Assembly (NCBI GenBank): GCA_964016885.1
Contig: OZ024755.1
Location: 3,038,001-3,102,000, forward strand
Reading direction: 5' to 3'
DNA: 64,000 nt
DNA from: Eledone cirrhosa
Lineage: Eukaryota
Positions 53,567 to 64,000 of this stretch are shown here, one piece after another. The notes beneath the pieces were generated by a model. That model saw nothing but the letters and a program-made list of their open reading frames with translations, was not told where the DNA came from and searched no databases. The translations under genes and the position numbers were made by a program. The number at the start of each line of letters is the position of its first letter. Position 1 is the first letter of the stretch.

Positions 53567-54156
53567 TATTATGATTGTGTGTGGGGGAGTTATTGTGTGT
53601 GGGGGGGGGGGGTTATTGTGTGGGTGTTATTGTGGGGGTGTTATTGTGTGTGTGTGTTTTGTGTGTGGGGGTGTTATTGTGGGGGTGTTATTGTGTTTTG
53701 TATGTGGGGGTGTTATTGTGTGTGTCGGTGTTATTGCGTGTGCCGTGTGTGTGGGGGTGTTATTGTGTGTGTCGGTGTTATTACGTGTGTTCCGTGTGTG
53801 TGGGGGTGTTATTGTGTGTGGGTTTTGTGTGTGTGACAGTGTGTATATATGAATGAGTGTGTGACATTGTGTATATAAGTATGTGTTTGTGTGCGTGTGA
53901 CAGTGTGTGTATATATGAATGTGTGTGTGTAACATTGTGTATCTCAGTATGTGTTTGTGTGGGACAATGTATGTATATAGATATGTGTATATATCAGTGT
54001 TTGTGTGTGTTTTTTATTATTCTGTATGTTTGTGTATATGTGTGTATATATATGTATGTACACATGTATGCATGGTAAAATGTATGTGAAAATATGCCTG
54101 TCAATGTATCTCTTTCTCTCTTTCTCTCTATCTTTCTCTCTATTTCTCTCTCTCTA

Positions 54157-54211
<55 letters not shown>

Positions 54212-54632
54212 TTCTCTTTCTCTTTCTCTCTCTCTTTCTCTCTCTTTCTCTCTTTTTCTCTCTCTCTCTCTTTTTCTCTCTCTTTTTCTCTCTCTTTTTC
54301 TCTCTCTTTTTCTCTCTCTCTTTCTCTCTCTTTTTCTCTCTCTTTCTCTCTTTTTCTCTCTCTCTCTCTCATTCTCTCTCTCTTTCTCTCTCTTTCTCTC
54401 TCTCTCTCGCTCTCGCTCTCTCTCTTTCATTTAATTAAATTTTATTTCAGACAAAACTCATGTTTCCATTCCAATACTGAATTAACAGTTCCGTACCATT
54501 GAACTTTTGGTATATGGAACCAACACGTGTGGGTGTGGGGGAGTGAGAGAGAGTGAATTATGTATATATATATATACGTTCATATGCATATATATATATA
54601 TATATATAAATTCATATGCATATAAATAAGAC

Positions 54633-54665
<33 letters not shown>

Positions 54666-55143
54666 GTGTAGGTGTGTATTAAAGCATGTTTTCCACTAAA
54701 ACGCATTACAAGTATAAATGCCATACGTAATTAATTGACATGAAGTTTACAGTAAATCATTGTAGTAGTGGTAGTAGTAGTAGTAGTTTTGGTAGTGGTG
54801 ATGCGAGTTCTGGTGATATGTATTGATATATATTCATACATTTTTATTCTTTGGTCAAATCTTTCCATGTTGTAGTTAATTGGGATAAATAATCATCTGA
54901 GTGTAAATTTCCTTAAGCACTCAACGCATATATGTATGCATGGTCCCTTAGCTCCTGAGGGAATCGTAGGGGCGCCAGATCCAGTGATCATAGTAGTCCA
55001 TATAGATATGTGTGTGTGTATATATATATGTACATACATATGTGTTTGAAAGTGGCCAACGATGAGGATAAATATGTATTTTGAGTGTGTGGGAGTACGA
55101 AAGAGGTGATAGTATGGCTATATGGTATTTTCTTCATTAAATC

Positions 55144-55370
55144 TTACCCCTTTAGCATTTAAACCGGCCGTATTCGACCAGAATTCTCTCACCTTTTTCT
55201 GTTAAAACCGGCTGTAACTGACCACTCATACTATTGTTAAGGTATTGTTCTCAAAATAATTAATATCAAAATCCTAGATTCGATATTATGTGAGATAATT
55301 GTGTAAGATAAAGACTTTACCGCAAAAATACAATAGTAAATATAGAGTAATGTAAATGCTAAAGGGTTAA
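55144..55370 (-). mobile_element. piggyBac-type MITE, second copy (inverted relative to 30084-30300)
   Basis: TTAC|CCCTTTAGCATTTAAACCGGCCGTAT ... GTAAATGCTAAAGGG|TTAA. It is colinear with the reverse complement of the first copy. Confidence 0.85.
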
Positions 55371-56262
55371 TTTATTTGCTAAAAAAATTTTTTTTTAATG
55401 TCATTCCAATGTAGTTTATTATTATTATATTATCCACAGCCATTATATCTGCTGTATACATTGTGTCATGTAAATAATATTTTTAGTTGCGTGACCGGCG
55501 GTAATCCACGAAACTCTCACGACCGATTGAGAATAATCTCAATGATATAATAAATATATAATATTCTCTTCTTAGATATTAAGTACTTTTTCCTTGTGTT
55601 TGTAAACCCAAACGTATGGACACACGTGTGTGTGTGTGTGTGTGTGCGCGCGCTGAAAACATACACAAACAAGAATACGACAGAACACAGAAGGTAATGG
55701 TGTTTGCTGAATCATTAAAATACACCAAAGGAAGAAACACTCCACACCACACAGACTCCTTACACAGACTTTAAACCACACACCATACACATAAAGACAG
55801 CATTCCACACACATAAAGACAGCATTCCACACACAACACGCTGTCTATACATATACAGCAAACCACACAGAGAGCACATCTGTATATACACCGGAAACCC
55901 GCACGCAGCCCACATCCGTATACATACACCGCAAACCCCACATATATCATACACTATATATATATAGACTCCAAACCACATATACACACACCCAACCACA
56001 AAAACCACACACTACTCCTATAGACGCCAAACCACACACATACACATCATACAGTTCATACACACATACATACACACTATATATATAGACACCAAACTAC
56101 ACACTACATATATATACGCGAAACCACACACAGACCATACAATTCGTACATACACAGCAAACCACACATATCATACAGTTTACATACCGTGTAGAGCACA
56201 CATAGACACACACAGACACACTCATACACACTCATACACACACATACACACACATACACACA

Positions 56263-56330
<68 letters not shown>

Positions 56331-56983
56331 CACACATACACGCACACACGTAGACTGTAAAGCACACATCATGCAGTTTACATAACGTGTAGAACACACA
56401 CACATAGACACACAAACACACATACACACACACACATACCCCCCCCCCACACACACACACACACACACACACACCGGCTGTCCAGTGATGGCGAGCAGAG
56501 AGAAGATACAAACAAGAAAACACGGAATCAATGTGCAGTAATGTAAACACGTCAAAAAGCATTGCCAGGGCAGCAATTAAGGATAGTGACTAGCTGTCTC
56601 ATCGTATAAATGTATATTACATATTCAACAACCATTATAGGTCGGCCATCTTAACTTTGTACACAAACAACACCTACTATCGTGCTGTGCCACAACATCT
56701 AATACCACCACCAGCCTCCATGTCTAACTACTACTACTACTAATAATAATAATAATATCACCACCACCAATGCTGCTGCTACTACTACTATTTCTATTAC
56801 TATCACCACCACCACCACTACAACTACTACTATAGCAACAACACCATCAATAACAACAGCAATAATAACAATAACAGGAACAATAACAATACAACCATCA
56901 ACAACAACAACAACAGAAGTCACAAGAAAATCCCAACAATCAACAAATTATAACAAGAAGCCCAATGTAATCTACGATAATAT

Positions 56984-57270
56984 ATAATTGTTTTTACTTT
57001 TGGCACAAGGCCAGCAATAACCCAGTGTATTACTGGTACTTTATTTTATCGACCCCGTGAGGGTGAAAGGCAAAGTTAACCTCGGCGGGATTTGAACTCA
57101 GAATTGCAAGGGCCGTAACTCTATACGTCAAAGCATGGCGTCCGACCCTCTACCGATACTGCTAATCGCCCCTAAGAAATAATAATGACTAATATTGTTT
57201 CCCTAAGCTCGAACCTACCTTGTGAGTGAACTTGGCTAGATGGAAACTGTTTGGGAACTCGTGGGATTGT
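56984..57270 (-). mobile_element. SINE family A (3'-deleted subtype) plus the duplicated flank
   Basis: Full head (CTCTACCGATACTGCTAATCGCC on plus), reverse-complement B box GGGATTTGAACTC, and the same flank as 50553-50643. Confidence 0.88.
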
Positions 57271-58503
57271 CTAACATAAATATGTTGATGATACGAGATG
57301 TGTCAACGAGTATATATATTCCAAGGAGTATTCCACGGAGTAATTTAATATGAATAGGGTACTAGGAAAAACTAGGCAAGATTGGTTGAAACTCCAGGAA
57401 TCATTTATTACAAAATAGCATCTCTAACACGTGTTTCAATGCAATTGTGCAGCTGCCTACGAAAGCTGAATTATTACATATTTCATTATCCACTATCTCG
57501 CACTTCGTACTTCAAATTTGGATTTCATCAGAGAAGTTCAAAAGAAATTGGAGGTTCTGTGGACGAGGTCACGCTATATATAGTAAACGCAGTATACAGG
57601 CAGGTACATCCCTAACCCTAACCCAATGTACTTATAGTCAGACGTACCAGACACTAAATCAATATCTGGTAAATCTAACCATTTTGGGTCCTGCTTTGTT
57701 TTGTTTTATTCAGGTTCTTTGCATATCTCCTTGGAATTTTTTTTTTTTTTTTTCAGGTAGCATATGTTGAAATACCTTCTTAATACTCAAAATCCTATAT
57801 CGTCCACCAAAATTTCCGATCACCCACAATGTCCTCTTCAGTTGCTCATCGCCCACCCAACAATTCAAATCGCGCACCTGTGGGTGATATTGCCCAGGCT
57901 GGGAAGCCCTGGTCTAAAATAAAGCAGAGTAAAGAAGCATTGAAATATATTTGTACACACACACAGTTAAAGATACACCATGGTAAACATATACATAGAC
58001 AAAAGCACTAATACACCATATAACACAACACATAGTTACAGAAAAACACACATCTAATAATAGTTACAAATATAACAGCACACACGAACATCCAGCCTCA
58101 CACAATTTACACCTGAATATAAACATAGAAACATACATATGTATAACCACATAATGTGAGAAATTCAAACATACACACACACACAGAGAAAAGCATACAT
58201 ACCCAAACTCTCACACACACAAATCACACACATGTTATGTACATGTTTATAAATACTCGCTAATACATACATATATTCTATCACGTATACTCAGACATAC
58301 GTGTATGTATTTAGAATAATAGAATCATACACACACACAAGAAAAAACACCCATACATATACCAATAAACGTAAATACGCATACATACTTAAATGCATAT
58401 ACACACATACATATATACACACGTACACACACGTACTTATGGAACACACATAGTTATGGTTAATCAAATACACACACACACACTTACATATACAAATACA
58501 CGC

Positions 58504-58552
<49 letters not shown>

Positions 58553-58981
58553 GATATATATAGATAGAGACATATTCACACATAATTCGTTGAGATCGGA
58601 AATCGAAAAGAAGTAAAAAAGAATAAGGGGAAAAAAGGAAAACAGAAAGTAGGAAAAGACTAGGGAAAAATAAAAACAAATAAAACTAACACTCATACAA
58701 AAAAAACATAGAAAAAGGGCCGAGAGAGAGAGAGACTAGCTTTGTCTTGTGTAAGTCCATCGATTTCAGCTTTTTTTTTTTTTCTTTAAGTCCGCTTCAA
58801 AATGGCCGTCTCCCATTTGTCTACAAGGAATCAATCAAACTTAAAGATACCACTTCCGGCACATTTTGTGGACTAGTTTCTTCTGTGGATGAAGTAGGGA
58901 TGTGGTGGGTGGCGGGGGGAGTGAGTGAGAATGATAAAGAATTAAAGAGGGCGTATGAGTGAGGGAGAAGGAAAGGAATAG

Positions 58982-59040
<59 letters not shown>

Positions 59041-59739
59041 GGAAAAAGTGAGAAAGAGGGATTGGAAAGAGAGAGGTTGAGAAAAAGAGTAAGAAAGTGA
59101 CTGAGAAATGCAGAGAATTAGAGTGAGATAGAGAGGATGAGAATGAGAGCGAGATAGAGAGAGGCTGAGAAAGAACGAGAACAGCAGAGAATGAGAGTGA
59201 GATATAGAGAGACTGAGAAAGAATGAGAACGGTAGAGAATGAGAGTGAGATAGAGAGAGACTAAGAAAGAATGAGAACGGTAGAGAATGAGAGTAAAAGG
59301 GAGTTGATAAAGAGAGTAAGAGGAAAATAGTGAGAGAGAAAAAAAAGAATTGGGATGACAGAGGATGAGAAGTAGAGTGAGGGAGAGAAAAGATTGAGAA
59401 AGATGGAAGGAGACTGGATGAGGAGAGAGAAAGAGTGTGAAAGAGTGGGAAAGACTGAGGTGGGGAAAGGGTGATAATAGTAAAAGATCCTGCCAAGCTA
59501 TTATAGTATTTGACGTCTATTGAATATGTTGTAGTAAATGAAAAATCAAACTAAGAGGGTGAAATACAACTGAGTATATAGTTGAGAAGTCACCTCACTG
59601 CCTCTCTCTCTCTATCTATCTATCTATTATCTATATATGCCCCGAGTGATTGGGCCTTCTCTGTTTATAAGCCTGTAGGTTAAAGAAGAGAGCAAAAGAA
59701 AGAAGGGAGCACTTGCACAACACGCTCCTGAAGTTGAGG

Positions 59740-59936
59740 GTTGTTCTATCGCCGGGGTATTAAACAACCCATTTATAGCGCCTCCCCCTTATTGGGGATT
59801 TCGATTGTTATAATTGTTTGTTTCAATATTTTTACACGACTGTATGTAAAATCCCCGGCATGTCTTTGTATTGTCCCCTTTTCTTGTGCACCCTTGTGGC
59901 AAATAAAGAAATATATATATCTATCTATCTATCTAT
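59740..59936 (+). mobile_element. Probable LINE (Tx1/L1-like) 3' UTR ending in AATAAA plus (TA)/(CTAT)n
   Basis: TGTCCCCTTTTCTTGTGCACCCTTGTGGCA-AATAAA (59902-59907) directly followed by a microsatellite tail. The clade call is inferred from recalled resemblance and the adjacent RT fragment. Confidence 0.45.
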
Positions 59937-60150
59937 TTCGGACCCGTGTTCAGGGGCTGGATTGCTGCAATGCACAGCAGCAACATCTGCTCAAGAATCA
60001 AAGTGAACGGCTACCTCTCGGAGCCGTTCCATATCACGCGATCCATTCGACAGGGATGCCCTCTCTCCTCCCTTCTGTACGTACTGACTCTCGAGCCACT
60101 ACTGCGGAAGTTGGAGCTATTGCAGGGCATCCCCCTGGACCCGGGACTGC
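59937..60150 (+). mobile_element. Tx1/L1-clade LINE reverse transcriptase fragment
   Basis: FGPVFRGWIAAMHS..ICSRIKVNGYLSEPFHITRSIRQGCPLSSLLYVLTLEPLLRKL contains the RQGCPLS motif and the FG..F..WI and LEPLL context typical of L1/Tx1 RT. It runs into a (GGT)n repeat before the YADD motif. Confidence 0.9.
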
Positions 60151-61080
60151 TGGCGATGGATGTGGTGGTGCTGATGGTGGTGGTGGTATTAGTGGGGGGT
60201 GCTACTGTTGGCGGTGGATATAGTGGTGGTGGTATTAGTGGTGGTGGTGCTGCTGGCGGTGGTGGTGGTGGTACTGATGTTAGTGGTGGTGGTGGTGGTG
60301 GCGTTATTGGTGCTGCTGGCTGTGCTGGTGGTGGTGTTAGCGGTGATGGTGGAGGATTCATTGGGTTAATGTGGTGCTATTATTCTTTATAATAAATTCT
60401 AGTTTTGTGTTATTTCGGCCTCCAGGCAATTCCTAATAGAGCAAGCAGTCACGTGACCAATGGCCTTTTAACTGTTGCAATCCCGTCTTTTTACATATAA
60501 AAAATCATTATCTAATCTATCCTTTTAGTTTTTATCTAAGAATTATCTGTGATTGGTGAGAGAGTTGGTGACTATTTGTTCCAACAGGTCCTGGAACTGT
60601 GTAGAGTTCTCGTTGGTCTGCTAGTATTGTTGGTGATGATAATGGCGTTTGTTACTGGTACTATTGGTAATTCTGAAGTAGGCTTTTTTGTTAATATTAG
60701 TGTTGTTGTTGTTGTTGTTGTTGCTGTGCGTATCTTTATGTTACAGTCTAGCCCCAGGACGATCCAAGTCGTGGAGCTAACTTCTAGCCTGTAGGAAGTC
60801 CACCTAATAATTCACTACGACTGTCTAATATATGAATGGCGGTGTTGTTTGTTATGCAGGGTTTTTTTTACTGTAGTTTCCGATGGTGTTCTTCATCTTG
60901 TTGTTGTCTGGGTTGCTTGGTTTACTGGTTTATCTGTTTCCACAGTACTTGTTATTGGCATTGATGTGTTCTTCTTCTTCTTCTTTGTAATGTCGCTGCT
61001 TGTGGTTTGGGGTTTGGTATCGTTGGTGGTGCTGTTGTTGTCGTTGTTGTACGAACCGTTTTTTTAATGTATTTAAGGTT

Positions 61081-61215
61081 GTGGTGAACGCATGTGGCCT
61101 AGTGGTAAGGTAAGGGTGTGGGACTTATCATAACGTTGTGTGTTCGATTCCTGGACCTGGTTGTGTTCTTCAGCAAAACTCTTCATTTCACATTGCTCCA
61201 GTAAACTCAACTTTC
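61081..61215 (+). mobile_element. SINE family B copy
   Basis: A box TGGCCTAGTGG, B box GTTCGATTCC, then TGTTCTTCAGCAAAACTCTTCATTTCACATTGCTCCAGT. Confidence 0.78.
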
Positions 61216-61882
61216 CAGTATAATCATACACATTCACATTTTTGTATTATGGTTTGTGTTTGTCTGGATTGAATGCAATAGTTTGTAACCGTTGGTTTTA
61301 GTCTCCATACAGGTTAACCTTGATCGAGAGGGCCTCTAACCAAAGACATTCCAGCTATGACCATCCTGTATTTTTAAATATATATGGAGGACTACGTTGT
61401 TTAATGTTTTCTGTCCTTGTGTAAGACGTAAGACGGTGTGGTGCGATATGAGGACAACCTGGGTTTATTTCTTTCGGGTAAGCCGAAGACGCTATCGAAA
61501 GTCTTTGCTATCGATACAGTCTTTGTTATCGATACAGGCTTTGCTATTGATACAGGAAAGATAGAAATGTAACTACTTGGAGACATTTCTCAAGCTGAGA
61601 CCTCGAACTATTCAGACAGACAAAACTGAAGTAACAAATTGTGTGTATAATATGTAAAATTGTGCATCAAACACAACGAGCATGGACCAGGGTGTAAATC
61701 TTTAGAGAATTCAACAGTCGTTAAACTAGAATAGTATTACATACATTGTCTGATAGATGTGTGTGTGTGTGTGTGCAGAATGTATATATATACACACACA
61801 CACACACACGCGCACAGATATACATACATACATGTATGCATATGTTTGTGCAGTATGTAGTTGTGTATCACACACGCACGCA

Positions 61883-62053
61883 CACTCACTCACTCACTCA
61901 CTCACTCACTCACTCACTCACTCACTCACTCACTCACTCACTCACTCACTCACTCACTCACTCACTCACTCACTCACTCACTCACTCACTCACTCACTCA
62001 CTCACTCACTCACTCACTCACTCACTCACTCACTCACTCACTCACTCACTCAC

Positions 62054-62058
<5 letters not shown>
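61883..62058. repeat. Perfect (ACTC)n tetranucleotide tract, followed by (CT)n
   Basis: About 44 uninterrupted units. Confidence 0.97.
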
Positions 62059-62129
<71 letters not shown>

Positions 62130-62296
62130 GACAAGTCAAGATGTATAATTAAAAAGTCTACATGTATGTGAACCAGACGTGATCAAGTTTCAAACATAAG
62201 GACGAAACGAAATGAACTGTTGTTGCTGTTGTTGTTGTTGTTGTTTAGGAACGGACCGGAATTTGGATCGCTTTAACACAAGATGACTTACAGACA

Positions 62297-62340
<44 letters not shown>

Positions 62341-62914
62341 GTATAGATAGACACACGTCGTACACATACATACACACATGTACACACTCACACACACATA
62401 CATATATATAGACACACGTCGTACACACTCACACACACACATACATATATATAGACACACGTCGTACACATACATACACACATGTACATACACATACATA
62501 TATATAGACACACATACATACACACATGTACACACTCACACACACACACACACACACACATATACATAGACACACGTCGTACACATACATACATACACAC
62601 ATGTACAGACTCACACATACATATATATATAGACACACGTCGTACACATACATACACACATGTACACACTCACATACATATATATATATTCATACGCACA
62701 TACATACTTACATATGTGTGTGTGTCTGTTACTGTTTCACTTTGTGTGTGTGTCTGTTTCACTGTGTGTGTGTGTGTGTGTGTGTATCTGTTTCACTGTG
62801 TGTGTGTGTGTGTCTTACTGTTTCACTGTGTGTGTGTGTTACTGTTTGTGTGTGTATCTGTTTCACTGTGTGCGTGTGTGTGTGTTACTGTTTGTGTGTG
62901 TGTGTATCTGTTTC

Positions 62915-62948
<34 letters not shown>

Positions 62949-63388
62949 ATTGACCGACATATATCGGTGAAGGAAATAAATATATTTTAGAAAACTAAAT
63001 ATCATGCACTTTAATGCCGAAATTCCTTAAGATAAAGTCAGGTAGAGACTCTTTCTTATTATCTTGGGCCTCACAAATGCAGAAATACAGCCAAACTATG
63101 ATATTAACTTGTTGGAAACCTGAAGCCAATTGATGGCCTTGTCAAAACCACCACAGTCTTTTCGTTTTTTAGTTCAATAGCATAATTTACACAGCAGACA
63201 CTCTACTGAATTGTTACCCAATGATAAAAGACATTCCAATAAACACATAGTGTAGACAATCAACACCCAATAACATAACACCCGATACCTTAACACGTCC
63301 CACACGCCACCAATAACTCTGTATTCAAGGAAGTTATTATTTAATAATTTAACACAACCTGACACAGGACATACTCCACACAAACATC

Positions 63389-63580
63389 ACACGAGGCCAG
63401 AGATTTTGAAGGGAGTGGGGAAAGTTGATTAAAGCGATTCAGTATGTTACTGGTACTTTATTTTATCGACTCCGTTAGGCAAAGCGAACCTCGGCGGAAT
63501 TTGAACTCAGAACGTAGAGGGGTGTAACTTTATGCCTCGAAGCAAGGTGTCAGACGCTCTACCGATAATGGCAATCCACC
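63389..63580 (-). mobile_element. SINE family A copy
   Basis: Plus strand has TTACTGGTACTTTATTTTATCGACTCCG...AACCTCGGCGGAATTTGAACTCAGAACGTA...GACGCTCTACCGAT. Confidence 0.85.
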
Positions 63581-64000
63581 AACCTCTTTCTCACACAGTA
63601 GTAGTAGTAATTGTGGGGGGTGCTGGCGGTGGTAGTAGTAGTGGTGGTGGTGGTAGTAGTAGTGGTGGTGATGGTAATTGAGGTAGTGGCGGGGATAGTA
63701 GTAGTGGGAGGGGGTGGCGGTGATGGTGAAATTTATAAGAACGAAATTATAGGTATTAATACATTAGCGATCTAAAAGTGATAAAGTTATATAGCAGCTT
63801 TTAATGTAATAAATTGGAAAAGGAATGAAATAAACGAGACGAGAGGAAAACAAGAAAATGAATTAATATCTTTAAAATATATGAGCCAAAAGCAAACAGT
63901 GACAGGTTATATCTTTCACAGACAGAAGAAAGTGAAGGAAGAAGTCTTATATAATTAGAAAAGCATTATAGGAGAGTTATTGTAGGTTTACATAAGTATA

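Noticed and set aside
57610-57626. CCCTAACCCTAACCC telomere-like repeat
   Set aside because: Only about 2.5 units, too short to call interstitial telomeric sequence.
61081-61160. Possible tRNA gene (A and B boxes present)
   Set aside because: No cloverleaf or oligo-T terminator; it continues into SINE body sequence.

Overview
Eukaryotic, very AT-rich, repeat-saturated DNA with no supportable intact protein-coding gene. It is probably intronic or intergenic. The SINE, mariner and LINE sequences and the extreme (TA)n/(CA)n/(CT)n load resemble octopod cephalopod (Octopus-like) genomes; this is recalled resemblance, not a database hit. Nearly all long ORFs in the track are artefacts of micro- and minisatellites. 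The real content is: about 15 copies or fragments of one tRNA-derived SINE family (A) and 4 of a second (B); fossils of four LINE clades (RTE, CR1, CRE-type with a restriction-like endonuclease, Tx1/L1); mariner and piggyBac-type MITEs; a Helitron-like non-autonomous element; many minisatellites; and a 200-N scaffold gap. Three signals stand out. (1) Short hairpin elements from three unrelated sequence families sit inside (TA)n tracts and carry hammerhead-ribozyme-like motifs (CTGANGA...GAAA) at the fold-back point; with a near-canonical minimal hammerhead at 44.5 kb, they look like microsatellite-targeted Penelope-like terminal-repeat relics. (2) An inverted pair of SINEs 7 kb apart each has its Pol III A-box amplified into a 12-14-copy 29-bp array. 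(3) A CR1 LINE has its terminal 3' UTR segment reiterated six times just before the poly(A). Boundaries of degenerate repeats are approximate.
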